Assembly (NCBI GenBank): GCA_964627095.1
Contig: CAZVKH010000003.1
Coordinates: 21,248-85,247, forward strand
DNA length: 64,000 nucleotides
Direction: 5' to 3'
Source: an uncultured Candidatus Saccharibacteria bacterium
GTDB taxonomy: Bacteria > Patescibacteriota > Saccharimonadia > Saccharimonadales > JAUPVS01
In this document: piece after piece, positions 12,808-22,602 of the stretch
Layout: each line of letters opens with the position of its first letter
Numbering within the stretch: position 1 is the first letter of the stretch
Notes under the pieces: generated by a model
What the model was told of the DNA's origin: nothing
Databases searched by the model: none
The model's input: the letters and a program-made list of their open reading frames with translations, nothing else
Position numbers and translations under genes: made by a program

Positions 12808-14256
12808 TTAGCCTTTTTGGGCTGGCGAATCAGTTCGAGGGAAGAGTGATCCCTTAATTGGACGTACCACGCCTTCGCTAAATACATAGGTAATTTTAGC
12901 AGCGGTATCGGGCATAAAGGGCTCCAACATACCAGCGATTTCGAGCAAACAGCTGACCTGATAGGCTAAGACTTCGCGCAGGTGCGATTCGTCACCTTCT
13001 TTAGCAATTGACCACGGCTTCTCTTCTTCAATATACTGGTTTAAACCACGAACCTGCTCCCAGACTTCATCAAGTGCTCGGTCGAACCGACAATCTTCTA
13101 TGGCTTGTTCGTATTTGGCGATGTCATGTTTGGCCGGCGGGATATCACCAACGATCCCGTTTAGATATTTCTGCACCATTACAACGGTTCGTTGCACAGC
13201 GTTACCAAGTTCGTTGGCCAGCTCGTTATTGTAGGCATCCTCGAAACGCTTCTGACTAAAATCGCCGTCTTCATAACTTGGTATGTGCCGAGCAAAGTAG
13301 TATCTAAAGACATCGGCTCCCCATTTGTCGATTAGAACATGGGGCGAAACGCTATTACCTAGACTCTTGCTCATCTTTTCGCCATCGACACTAACAAAGC
13401 CATGAACATATAAGGTTTTGGGCAAAGGCAGACCCAAACCAAGGAGCAAACCGGGCCAAATGGCAGCGTGAAAACGCAAAATGTCTTTACCAATTACCTG
13501 CACATTGGCTGGCCAAAACTTTTTAAAATCAGAATGCTCGGGGTAACCAAGTACAGTTATATAGTTAAGTAAGGCTTCGAACCAAACGTACATAACCTGG
13601 CCGGGGTCGCCCGGAACGGCTACGCCCCAGCTGACCTTTTCTTTGGGTCGCGAAATACTGATGTCTTCTAGGCCACCCTTGATGACGTTTAGAATCTCGT
13701 GCTTGCGTGTAGCCGGTATAACTCGAAAAGAGCCCGATTCAATGGCATGTAGAATTTGTGGTGCATAGTTACTAAGCCGAAAAAAATAATTTTCTTCCTG
13801 AATTTTTTCGTAGGGCTTGTTGTGGTGCGGACAGCTGCCCTTATTTTCTTTGGCAACCGCTTCTGTTACAAAAGCTTCACAGCCGCTACAGTACAAGCCA
13901 ATATAGTTACCTTTATAGATGTCTTTGCTAAGATTTTTCCAAATAATCTGCGATCTTTGTTCGTGTGCCTTATCGGTAGTACGAATAAATCGGTCGTTGC
14001 TGATGTTCATGACCTTTTGCAAATCACGGAATTTTTGACTCATCTGGTCAACCAATTGCTGGGGAGTGATTTTTAGCTCGGCGGCTTTTTCGGCCACTTT
14101 AGTGCCATGCTCATCAGTACCGGTACTAAAGATAACTGGCGCTCCTTGTTTACGGGCGGCTCGAGCCAAGATGTCGGCGTACAAAAACTCCAGAGCGTGA
14201 CCCAAGTGCGGCTCACCGTTCATGTACGGAATTGAAGTTGTCACATAATAGTTCAT
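12808..14256 (-). CDS. metG: Methionine--tRNA ligase (short form without the C-terminal tRNA-binding domain)
   Basis: HLGH (GEPHLGHA) and KMSKS motifs, plus the CSGC...CPHH knuckle. Confidence 0.9.
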   Translation of the reverse strand: MNYYVTTSIPYMNGEPHLGHALEFLYADILARAARKQGAPVIFSTGTDEHGTKVAEKAAELKITPQQLVDQMSQKFRDLQKVMNISNDRFIRTTDKAHEQRSQIIWKNLSKDIYKGNYIGLYCSGCEAFVTEAVAKENKGSCPHHNKPYEKIQEENYFFRLSNYAPQILHAIESGSFRVIPATRKHEILNVIKGGLEDISISRPKEKVSWGVAVPGDPGQVMYVWFEALLNYITVLGYPEHSDFKKFWPANVQVIGKDILRFHAAIWPGLLLGLGLPLPKTLYVHGFVSVDGEKMSKSLGNSVSPHVLIDKWGADVFRYYFARHIPSYEDGDFSQKRFEDAYNNELANELGNAVQRTVVMVQKYLNGIVGDIPPAKHDIAKYEQAIEDCRFDRALDEVWEQVRGLNQYIEEEKPWSIAKEGDESHLREVLAYQVSCLLEIAGMLEPFMPDTAAKITYVFSEGVVRPIKGSLFPRTDSPAQKG

Positions 14257-14304
14257 ACCTATCTAGTCTACCTCTATTAAGCAATTAACAAAAGGGTCGG
14301 GCTA

Positions 14305-15951
14305 CTAGGTTGTGATGGCTTTGATGAGTTTTTTGGTAGCGTCGTTAGTAAAGTCTACACCGGCATCATCTTTATAGGCGTCGACAACCGCCTTTACGGC
14401 CGGTTTAGTAGCATGCTTTTCTAGGGTCTGAACTGAGTAGTCAGTGATCGTTCGAGTGTCCTTAACGATGGTGTCACCCAGCTGACTAACCGACTTAAGA
14501 GCAATCTCGACAAAGGCGTCCAGGATATCGGCGTAAGAATCGTCTAGTTTAAGATTCTTAGCCGGCTTGATAACCCTACGTAGGTTAGCTAAACAAAGTG
14601 CCACTAATTCGGGTTTTTTATGTTCAATGGCGTCAATGCCAAACGTGAAGTAAATACCGTAAAGGGTTTTTAGCAGTACCTGATACTGGGCATTCAAACC
14701 TACCGTTTGGCGGCCAGCCTCAACAATTTCGGCATAGCGAGCAAATAACACTTCTATAACAGCCTCGATCGCCTCGAAATACAGAACCGGATAGGCGTCG
14801 GCGTAATCGTCGGCCAGGTTGTCATAGGTAGTAAAGAACTTAACCAATAAACCTGTCACAGTCTGGTACTCGCCAGTGTAGTGGCCAATTATCGGCACTG
14901 TCTGCAAGGTATTGTTACCTTGTATGAAGTACTGCTCGGCAATGCGTGTTACCGACAGACAGGTTTCCTCGAATATTTGGGCAATTTCTTGCCACGGCTT
15001 GCCTTTATGTTGGCTCAGGTAGTCATCGAGCAGGTCTTGAATGCTATCAATCGCTAGTATTACTTCGTCGTCATCGGCCATCTTGGCCATACCCTCAATT
15101 GTGCGCACAACTGTTATAAAACCTTCGCCTGAAGGAATCGCCGCAAATTCCCGACCCTTGATGCGCACCGTTTTTATGAGGTCTTCTTTGCGTCGCTCCG
15201 AAGAAGTCTTACGGAAAACGTTAAAGTATTCGAGGGCGCTGTCATGCAGGTACTTGGCAAGATGAGCATACTCACCAGGCTGTGGGTTTTTACTAATGGC
15301 CTGAAAGGTTTGATCAAAAAACTCACTAAAAAACTTCATGCCCGACTTGGTGCCAAAGTCATAAAGTTTTAGCGCGTTGTCTTTAACGTACTCGCGGATT
15401 GGCTGGAATGGGTCCTGCCGATACTGAACTTGCTGATACTGTTCTTCCCAGGTTTGCAGGGCGGTTTGATAAGCTGCCTTTTCGTGCTCTGGGGCGCCTT
15501 CGGCTGGCTCTTCGGGCTCTCGGGCATAAAGCTTATATAGGTAGCCCCTAACATCATTCATATCTTGGGCTTGTATGTAAGTTCTAAGATATTCATCGGC
15601 CTGCAATAAGGTGCGAGCTTTGTAGATAAGCTGGACAAACCAAAATAGCCCAACCAAACAAAGCGCCAACAGCAGACCGCCGACATTAGCATCCAAAAAG
15701 AATTCTTCTATTGTCACTTGGTCGAAAGCAATCGCCCAAGCACCAATACATAAACCAATTAAGACAGCGACCATTAAACCAACGTAGGCATACAAAACAC
15801 TGTGACGAATCAGCAGGCTGGTGACGCGGTGTGGCTTGGCATTGTGCAGCATTTGCATCAACGTCACGATACCAGCCACCACAAATCCCAAGATTGCCAT
15901 TTGGACGGAAAGTAGGGCCAGGTAAAAGTTGAGAGCGGTGTCTTGGGTCAT
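14305..15951 (-). CDS. Hypothetical membrane protein (about 4 N-terminal TM helices plus a large soluble domain)
   Basis: Hydrophobic N-terminal third, no recognised catalytic motif. Confidence 0.5.
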   Translation of the reverse strand: MTQDTALNFYLALLSVQMAILGFVVAGIVTLMQMLHNAKPHRVTSLLIRHSVLYAYVGLMVAVLIGLCIGAWAIAFDQVTIEEFFLDANVGGLLLALCLVGLFWFVQLIYKARTLLQADEYLRTYIQAQDMNDVRGYLYKLYAREPEEPAEGAPEHEKAAYQTALQTWEEQYQQVQYRQDPFQPIREYVKDNALKLYDFGTKSGMKFFSEFFDQTFQAISKNPQPGEYAHLAKYLHDSALEYFNVFRKTSSERRKEDLIKTVRIKGREFAAIPSGEGFITVVRTIEGMAKMADDDEVILAIDSIQDLLDDYLSQHKGKPWQEIAQIFEETCLSVTRIAEQYFIQGNNTLQTVPIIGHYTGEYQTVTGLLVKFFTTYDNLADDYADAYPVLYFEAIEAVIEVLFARYAEIVEAGRQTVGLNAQYQVLLKTLYGIYFTFGIDAIEHKKPELVALCLANLRRVIKPAKNLKLDDSYADILDAFVEIALKSVSQLGDTIVKDTRTITDYSVQTLEKHATKPAVKAVVDAYKDDAGVDFTNDATKKLIKAITT

Positions 15952-15969
15952 TACGCTTATTCTACCAGC

Positions 15970-17256
15970 TTAGGCTCGTTTATCGATGTAATCCTGACAG
16001 AAGCGCTCAAAAACGGCGTTCGTCCAACCAAAGCCGGTCTGCGACGGATAAACACCCTTAACGGGCGGCTTGTCGGGATTAATAACATTGTACTTCTCTA
16101 AAAAGACATGTTCGTCGTTAAACCAGTCAAGATTGGTTTTCAACCACTTCATAGCTATCCGCCTGGCATCATCATGATAGCCATAACGCTCCAGGCCCTT
16201 GATAACAATAAATTGCAAAGGCGCCCAGCCGTTAGGATAGGCCCATTGGGTTGGGGTATTGCCGGTGCCTGGCAATTGACCAGGTAGGCGTTGATTAAAC
16301 TGTTGGTCGGTGGTACTCAAACCACCCTTGGCCTCAAATTTCTTTAGAGACCGCACCATCTTGGCAGCCTGCTCTTTGGTGGCCATGCCAGCCCACATTG
16401 GGTAGAAACCAGCTAGCGAACTAACCGAACCGCGGCGTTGTCGCACGTAGTCGTAGTCGTAGTAAAAGTCACGTGACGGACTCCACATTAGCTCATCCAT
16501 GACCTCCTTGCGGCTAGCCGCCCGCTTAAGCCACGATTCTTCGGCAGCATTGTCTCCGGCGATTTGCGACGCTCGGGCAAAGTCGGTTTCGTACTTGTAC
16601 AACAATGAATTCAAATCAGTCGGTAGATAGTTTAATGCCTTACGCGTAAAACGCGGCGTCATATCCCAACCGCTTTCGGCTTCGGCCAGGTCATGCAAGT
16701 AGTTAATGTCGTAGTAGCGGCTCAGACCGCGATAAATTTGACGCTCATTCGGCTTGCTAACACCCAGCCAGACATTATAGTATTCGGCTTCGGCCGTTTT
16801 AATTGCTTCGGCCAGCCATTTCTTGCCCGGGTGATAACTGTCGTAAACATCAAAGATGAAACTAGTCAGTAGCGGCGGCTGCGACCGACCGGTTAAATAG
16901 GTGCGTGAGGCATTGGGAATGATCTTAAGTCTTTTTTGTAAATACAGAAGATCTTCCAATATCCCGCTGACCAGCTTTTGGCGATGCTTGTCTTTAAGAA
17001 AGCCCTGCACCATAAAGTAACTATCCCAGTAGTAGAGTTCGTTAAAGTCAAAGCTATGCCCGGCTTCGTAAGCTGGCACCAAGTAGGGTTTAGGAACACC
17101 AAACAGTGTCTCGTCGTCTTTGGGGTGATAGCGCTCTAGCCGTTTCCAGTAATCATGGATGTACTGACGCGCTTCGTTCACATCTTTAGAAGACAAGTCG
17201 TGTGACTGGTTACCGCCCCCTAATCGAGCAACGACTTTTTTGGCTTTTTCTAACAT
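15970..17256 (-). CDS. Trehalase-like glycoside hydrolase (GH37)
   Basis: GH37-like signatures RSQPPLLT, ESGWDMTPRF and GFGWTNAVF. No signal peptide is visible. Confidence 0.7.
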   Translation of the reverse strand: MLEKAKKVVARLGGGNQSHDLSSKDVNEARQYIHDYWKRLERYHPKDDETLFGVPKPYLVPAYEAGHSFDFNELYYWDSYFMVQGFLKDKHRQKLVSGILEDLLYLQKRLKIIPNASRTYLTGRSQPPLLTSFIFDVYDSYHPGKKWLAEAIKTAEAEYYNVWLGVSKPNERQIYRGLSRYYDINYLHDLAEAESGWDMTPRFTRKALNYLPTDLNSLLYKYETDFARASQIAGDNAAEESWLKRAASRKEVMDELMWSPSRDFYYDYDYVRQRRGSVSSLAGFYPMWAGMATKEQAAKMVRSLKKFEAKGGLSTTDQQFNQRLPGQLPGTGNTPTQWAYPNGWAPLQFIVIKGLERYGYHDDARRIAMKWLKTNLDWFNDEHVFLEKYNVINPDKPPVKGVYPSQTGFGWTNAVFERFCQDYIDKRA

Positions 17257-17296
17257 CTTATACTTAGCTTAAGAGGCGCTGGTACTGGCGTCAAGG

Positions 17297-17533
17297 CTAT
17301 AAACGATTAACTATAATAAAGATCATCACCAGCACACCCAAAGCGCGTCGAAAACTGTTGGCACCGTCAAAGATTTCTAACCAAGCCCAGGTAAATAAGG
17401 CCCCAAAACTAATTAAAGCGGCCGCGAAATTCAGCTGGCCATAAGGTAGAAGTTTGGTCAAAATCCAACTAATAAACCACACTACCAAAGGCAGGTTTGG
17501 TGGCTGAAAGACAATCGTTTTCTTAGTCGTCAT
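17297..17533 (-). CDS. Small membrane protein, hypothetical
   Basis: 78 aa with two or three hydrophobic helices. Confidence 0.4.
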   Translation of the reverse strand: MTTKKTIVFQPPNLPLVVWFISWILTKLLPYGQLNFAAALISFGALFTWAWLEIFDGANSFRRALGVLVMIFIIVNRL

Positions 17534-17574
17534 AGTTACCTGTTATCATAGCGTGCTTATGGTTAATGCGCCAT

Positions 17575-17603
17575 ACAAAAAACCCGCCACGGTGGGCGGG
17601 TTT
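17575..17603 (-). terminator. Rho-independent terminator downstream of the RRM protein gene
   Basis: CCCGCC-acggt-GGCGGG hairpin followed by a T-run on the minus strand (plus strand reads aaaaaacccgccacggtgggcgggttt). Confidence 0.6.
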
Positions 17604-17631
17604 AAGGTTTGAACGCTAGTTACGTAATTAC

Positions 17632-17898
17632 TTAGTAACGAGGTCGTTCTTCGCGAGGACGAGCTTCGCTAACGTTGATGGCACGGCCATCAAGTTCTTG
17701 GTTGTTGAGTTGATCAACAGCCTTCTTGGCTTCTTCGTCGCTAGACATCTCAACAAAGCCGAAGCCCTTTGAGCGGTTTGTGTCACGGTCAGTGATGACC
17801 TTAGCAGATACAACGGTACCAGCTGCAGAGAAAAAATCTTTGAGTTGGTCGTCTGTAACACCCCATGATAGGGATCCGACAAATAGTTTAGTAGCCAT
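17632..17898 (-). CDS. RRM-type RNA-binding protein
   Basis: RNP-2 KLFVGSL and RNP-1 KGFGFVEM motifs in an 88-aa protein. Confidence 0.85.
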   Translation of the reverse strand: MATKLFVGSLSWGVTDDQLKDFFSAAGTVVSAKVITDRDTNRSKGFGFVEMSSDEEAKKAVDQLNNQELDGRAINVSEARPREERPRY

Positions 17899-18039
17899 TA
17901 ATGATTAACTCCTTTTGTTGCTCGGAGGTAACCTGGCTCTCGAAAATCGGGGTCCAGTTTAGCTGCTCCTCAGAAACACTTAACTTATATTGATCTAGAA
18001 CTAACAAACGTTATGTAGCAGCTTATTTCTAGCAGACAC

Positions 18040-18048
18040 ATTATAACA
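18040..18048 (-). promoter_or_regulatory. Candidate extended -10 (TGtTATAAT) for the RRM protein gene
   Basis: The minus strand reads tgTGtTATAATgtg about 140 nt upstream of the ATG at 17898. This implies a long leader. Confidence 0.35.
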
Positions 18049-18053
18049 CATTA

Positions 18054-19259
18054 CTATCGATTAACGAAGGTAAGCGCGTAACCGGTTTTACCGGCTCGGC
18101 CGGCTCGGCCAATTCGGTGAACGTAATCTTCGTAACTTTGCGGCTGTGTGTAGTTGATAACGTGACTAACGTCAGCGACATCGATACCACGAGCGGCCAC
18201 ATCAGTAGCGACTAAAATAGTGGTCTGGTTAGACTTAAAGCTGGCCAAGGCGCGTTGGCGCTGACCCTGGTTCTTGCCACCATGAATCGAGACAGCCGCA
18301 AAACCACGGTCAATTAGTTCGTTGCTAAGGCGCTCCACACTGCGTTGGGTTTCATCAAAAATGATGGCCTTAGTAACGTTGGGTTGGATTAAAACGTCGT
18401 GTAGTTTTTCGATCTTTTCGATGTTGCCACCAAATTGGATGACATTCTGGTCAACGTTATCACTGGTTTCACCTGTTTTGATAGAAATCGTGACCGGCTC
18501 GTTTGAGAAAGTCTGGATTAGTGAGTTCACACGAGCGTCTAGTGTAGCCGAAAAGAAGAATGATTGGCGCTGAGCGGCAACATTACTTAGAATCTCGCGG
18601 ACGTCGTCGACAAAGCCCATGTCGAGCATACGGTCAACTTCGTCCAAAACTACCATGTTGAAGCGTTCCAGGTTAAGGGTACGGCGTTCAATGTGGTCTT
18701 TAATACGACCAGGCGTACCAATGACAATTTGTGGGTTAGAGCGCAGGTCGCGTAGCTGGCGGCCAATTGGGGCACCACCAATTAGGACGGCACCAAATAA
18801 GCCACTACCCTTAGCCATCGAACGAATGTCTTCTTCGATCTGCATGGCAAGTTCGCGGGTTGGGGCTACTACCAGGGCGCGTGAACCACGTTGGCTCATT
18901 AGCATGTGAAGGATTGGAATTGCAAAAGCGGCCGTTTTACCGGTACCAGTGTTAGCAATACCAATAATATCCTTACCGGCTAGGGCTGGAATAATAGTCT
19001 GGTCTTGAATTGGGGTTGGGGTAACGAAGCCCTTAGCACGCAGGTTAGTTTTAACAACCTGGTGAACATCAAAGTCGTCGAACTTGTGGGTTGGCACATA
19101 TTCGGTCTCGGCTGTAACTGGTTTAGCAGCTTTTACGAAACGAGTTGGGTCGATGTATTTAGCGCCGGGACGGCGGTTACCGCGGCTACGTGAGCCAGAG
19201 CCACCACTTGGGCGACGGTTACGGTTGTTGGTTTGAGATTTGTAGGCGTAATAGGCCAT
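18054..19259 (-). CDS. DEAD-box ATP-dependent RNA helicase
   Basis: Motifs ANTGTGKTAAF, PTRELA, DEVD, SAT and HRIGRAGRAG. The N-terminal tail is Arg/Gly-rich. Confidence 0.9.
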   Translation of the reverse strand: MAYYAYKSQTNNRNRRPSGGSGSRSRGNRRPGAKYIDPTRFVKAAKPVTAETEYVPTHKFDDFDVHQVVKTNLRAKGFVTPTPIQDQTIIPALAGKDIIGIANTGTGKTAAFAIPILHMLMSQRGSRALVVAPTRELAMQIEEDIRSMAKGSGLFGAVLIGGAPIGRQLRDLRSNPQIVIGTPGRIKDHIERRTLNLERFNMVVLDEVDRMLDMGFVDDVREILSNVAAQRQSFFFSATLDARVNSLIQTFSNEPVTISIKTGETSDNVDQNVIQFGGNIEKIEKLHDVLIQPNVTKAIIFDETQRSVERLSNELIDRGFAAVSIHGGKNQGQRQRALASFKSNQTTILVATDVAARGIDVADVSHVINYTQPQSYEDYVHRIGRAGRAGKTGYALTFVNR

Positions 19260-19413
19260 AAAAAAAGAATCCTTTGGTTTGTTATAAATTGTTATTACTT
19301 AGCTTTTGGCGCGTATCTGACTTGTTGTCAGCGAGGCATTGATAGCTGTGATTGTCACAGATGAAGCCTCAGTAATAACGAACAAACTGTGGATCCAATT
19401 GAACAATACTAAT

Positions 19414-19442
19414 ACATTAGCACGATTTGCATAAATAGTCAA
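19414..19442 (-). promoter_or_regulatory. Candidate sigma70-type promoter of the DEAD-box helicase gene
   Basis: The minus strand reads TTGACT-17 nt-TAATGT. This leaves a leader of about 150 nt containing hairpins CTGTGAcaaTCACAG and CTGACaacaaGTCAG. Confidence 0.45.
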
Positions 19443-19454
19443 TCTGTTGCTTGA

Positions 19455-21269
19455 CTAGCGCTTGCGTTTCTTCTGGTCGAGTTCGCGTTTACGCAAGCGT
19501 AGGTTTTGAGGGGTGACTTCTAGTAGCTCGTCGTTTTCGATGAAGTCCAGGCATTCTTCGAGGCTAAAGATAGTTGGCGGCGTTAGCTGCACCACACCAT
19601 CGCTGCTAGAACTACGCATGTTGGTCAGGTGCTTAGCCTTACAAACATTGATTTCCATGTCTTCCTGGCGCGTGTTCAAACCAATAATCTGACCAGCGTA
19701 CACTTTTTGGGCCGGGCCGACAAAAGTGGTGCCACGGGCTTCGGCATTCTGTAGGGCGTAAGGAGTAGTAACGCCAGTTTCGAAGGCGATCAGTACGCCA
19801 TTACGGAGCTGCTGCAAGGCAGTTCCAAGCGGTTGATAACCAATAATCAAGCTGTTCATCACAATCGTACCCTTGGTGTTGGTCATCAGGACGTTACGCA
19901 TACCCAATAAAGCACGGGTCGGCAGTTCATAGACCAGTTTAGTAACACCCTTGGGGCTGGCAAACTGTTCGTTCAAAGTGGCGCGGCGTTTGCCCAATTC
20001 CATCTGCACAGTTCCGACATGTTCGGCTGGCACTTCAATAATAACTTCTTCCAAAGGTTCTTCGGTAACACCATCTTTTTCGCGTGTGACCACCTGGGGG
20101 CGACCAACTTCGAACTCATAGCCTTCACGGCGCATCGTTTCAATCAAAACTGAAAGGTGCAATTCACCGCGGCCGGCTACCAAAAAGCCGATGCCTTCTT
20201 CTTCGACACGCAAACCAACATTGGTTTCGAGCTCTTTAGTTAGCCGTTCGCCAATCTGGCGTGAGGTGGTGAACTCACCCTCTTGCCCCTTCATTGGGCT
20301 GGTATTTGGACCTAGGTAGATTTTAAGAGTTGGGGCTTCGACTTCTAGAACCGGTAGAGCCTCGGGGTTATCAGCGTCGGCAATAGTTTCACCAATTTTA
20401 GCGTCAGCCACACCAGTTAGCTGGACGATGTCGCCGGCCACACCTTCTTTAACTTCAAAGCGGCTGACACCGTGACTCATAAATACTAGATCAATCTTGG
20501 CCTTAGCTTGAGTACCGTCTTTTTTGCAAAGAGTTACCGGGTCACCAGCCTTAATGCGACCTTGAGTAATCCGGCCAATGGCGTATTTACCTTTAAAGCT
20601 ATCCCAGGCCAGCGCCGTTACCAGCATCTGGAAGGGTTTCTCGACGTCAATTTTGGGGGCTGGAATGTGCTCGATAATGGCATCAAAGACGTCATCTAGG
20701 TTGCCTTCAACTTCAAAGTCACTAGGGACTTCGGTCCAGGCTTTGCCGGCACGCCCAACGGCATAGTAAACCGGGTAGTGCAATTGGTCTTCGTGAACAG
20801 CTAGCTCCAAGAATAGGTCGGCTAGTTCGTCTTCGACTTCTTTAATACGGCTGGCTGACTTGTCGATTTTGTTGATAATCACAATCGGCTTAAGCTCGTT
20901 GGCCAAGGCCTTGCTAAGCACAAACTTGGTTTGTGGCATTGGGCCTTCTTGGGCGTCAACAATCAAAATACAACCATCGGCCATGTTCAGCGTGCGCTCA
21001 ACTTCACCACTAAAGTCGGCGTGACCTGGGGTATCGATGATGTTAATACGGTAGTCACCATGCTGAACGGCGGTAACTTTGGCAGTAATGGTAATGCCGC
21101 GTTCTTTTTCTTGGTCACCACTGTCCATAATCAAATCTTGGCTCATTTCGGCCTGGTTGTCGCGGAAGGTCTGCGACTGCTTCAATAGCCCATCTACCAA
21201 GGTGGTCTTACCATGGTCAACGTGAGCGATAATCGCAATGTTACGGATTTTGGTTGGGTCTTGCTGCAT
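19455..21269 (-). CDS. typA: Translational GTPase TypA/BipA
   Basis: [20 protein letters not shown] and NKID motifs. At 604 aa it has the BipA-like domain order. Confidence 0.9.
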   Translation of the reverse strand: MQQDPTKIRNIAIIAHVDHGKTTLVDGLLKQSQTFRDNQAEMSQDLIMDSGDQEKERGITITAKVTAVQHGDYRINIIDTPGHADFSGEVERTLNMADGCILIVDAQEGPMPQTKFVLSKALANELKPIVIINKIDKSASRIKEVEDELADLFLELAVHEDQLHYPVYYAVGRAGKAWTEVPSDFEVEGNLDDVFDAIIEHIPAPKIDVEKPFQMLVTALAWDSFKGKYAIGRITQGRIKAGDPVTLCKKDGTQAKAKIDLVFMSHGVSRFEVKEGVAGDIVQLTGVADAKIGETIADADNPEALPVLEVEAPTLKIYLGPNTSPMKGQEGEFTTSRQIGERLTKELETNVGLRVEEEGIGFLVAGRGELHLSVLIETMRREGYEFEVGRPQVVTREKDGVTEEPLEEVIIEVPAEHVGTVQMELGKRRATLNEQFASPKGVTKLVYELPTRALLGMRNVLMTNTKGTIVMNSLIIGYQPLGTALQQLRNGVLIAFETGVTTPYALQNAEARGTTFVGPAQKVYAGQIIGLNTRQEDMEINVCKAKHLTNMRSSSSDGVVQLTPPTIFSLEECLDFIENDELLEVTPQNLRLRKRELDQKKRKR

Positions 21270-21383
21270 ACTGATTTCTTGATATTAAAAACGCGCCTTT
21301 GAACCAAGCGCGTTGATTTCGCTACTGATTATAACAGAAACAGGGGTATCAGTCTACTTTTTTGAAGACGTGTTAGGCTGTTA

Positions 21384-21779
21384 GTGATGACCGTCCGAAC
21401 CTTCCTCCGCCTAACCGCCAGTGTCACCGCCGTAATCGGCCCGGCCCTGCTACTGTTTCCCAGCTTTATTAATAACATTTTTGTAACGGAACCGGCACAT
21501 GGCACCGATATATTTATCCGCTTTTTGGGATCGGCCCTGATCGGCTACACCTACCTAAACTGGTACAGTGCCCACTACAGTAAAACCGCATCAGTCTACC
21601 CTACTCTGGTGGGCAACTTCTCAACTCTAAGCATTGCCTTAGTTCTTAGCATCATCGCCGTAGCCGATGGCAGCCTAAAAACTACCGGTTGGGCAATTGT
21701 ACTTTTGCACCTAGTTTTTGCGGTCGGCTTTGGCTGGTTTTTGTGGCGATTACGCCCGAACTCGCAGCACAGTTCGTAG
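21384..21779 (+). CDS. Hypothetical 4-TM membrane protein
   Basis: The hydrophobic pattern is the only evidence. Confidence 0.4.
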   Translation: MMTVRTFLRLTASVTAVIGPALLLFPSFINNIFVTEPAHGTDIFIRFLGSALIGYTYLNWYSAHYSKTASVYPTLVGNFSTLSIALVLSIIAVADGSLKTTGWAIVLLHLVFAVGFGWFLWRLRPNSQHSS

Positions 21780-22001
21780 GTTTGACAGGTAGTGCGCTGG
21801 GTTCACCTTAGGGTGGGTCTTAAGATACTCGAGATGACGCGACTTGAATTCGGCCTCTGGCAAAGAACCAGGACGCTCTTTAATTAGATCTGGGTTGGTG
21901 TTGTATGAAGCGTCGCTCTCCATACTGGCTAGCATCTGTTTAATCTCGGACTCTTCCATAAAGATTGGTTTGCGAACAGTTTCGAGCTGCTTAATGTTCA
22001 T
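21750..22001 (-). CDS. Hypothetical protein
   Basis: 83-aa ORF whose ATG overlaps (ATGA) the stop of a 20-codon upstream ORF. Confidence 0.4.
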   Translation of the reverse strand: MNIKQLETVRKPIFMEESEIKQMLASMESDASYNTNPDLIKERPGSLPEAEFKSRHLEYLKTHPKVNPAHYLSNLRTVLRVRA

Positions 22002-22060
22002 ACTTGAACCTTAGGCTGTTTAGGCTTCTTAACTTCTTTACGACCTCGATCTTTAGACAT
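21998..22060 (-). CDS. Possible 20-aa lysine-rich micro-ORF (MSKDRGRKEVKKPKQPKVQV)
   Basis: Found by manual reading. Its stop overlaps the ATG of 21750..22001. There is no homology evidence. Confidence 0.2.
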   Translation of the reverse strand: MSKDRGRKEVKKPKQPKVQV

Positions 22061-22167
22061 ATCCACCTTCTTTCGCTTGTGCGTTCTTACTACCTAACAG
22101 TATACGCTATAAGGGGTGGATTACCTATCTAGAAACAAAAAAGACCCATCTTTCAATGAGTCTCTTA

Positions 22168-22567
22168 TGGTGGAGCTGCCGGGTACCGCCCCCGGGTCCG
22201 CTAGTTTATCTTTGTTAGCCGTCTACAGGTATAGTCTACTTAATTGGTCTTAGCATCGTGGCTGTAAATAGACCAAATACTACGATGAGCAGACTCTTAG
22301 TCTTAGTACCTACTAGGAGTCACTAGCAAGTAAGCAACCAGATGAAATGGCGTTCGTTCAGTCTATCTGGTATCGACTAAAGAACGGCTCGAGTTAAACT
22401 CGGGCTGGTGCGAAAGCAAAGTTGCTAGCGGCAAACAAGTTTGCAACAGCGAGCTTAGCTTCGCGAATAGAAGTTTTTACATCTATTGTGTTTACCCTAT
22501 AACGCTGAGTAAGCGACCTGCGGGATCTAACTGATAAAGTCCAACGTCGAGCTTAAAATTCAGCCCC
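22168..22567 (-). ncRNA. ssrA: tmRNA (ssrA), about 400 nt
   Basis: The minus strand starts GGGGCTGAATTTTAAGCTCGACG and ends GGACCCGGGGGCGGTACCCGGCAGCTCCACCA. The acceptor stem GGGGCUG/CAGCUCC contains the G3:U alanine identity pair. A candidate tag ORF at 22394..22444 encodes ANLFAASNFAFAPARV followed by a stop. Confidence 0.85.
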
Positions 22568-22575
22568 GTTCGGTT

Positions 22576-22584
22576 ATTATACCA
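22576..22584 (-). promoter_or_regulatory. Candidate extended -10 (TGgTATAAT) for ssrA
   Basis: The minus strand reads gTGgTATAATaaccgaac immediately before the GGGGCTG 5' end. Confidence 0.4.
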
Positions 22585-22602
22585 CTTTTAAGCCGCTTAT
22601 GT

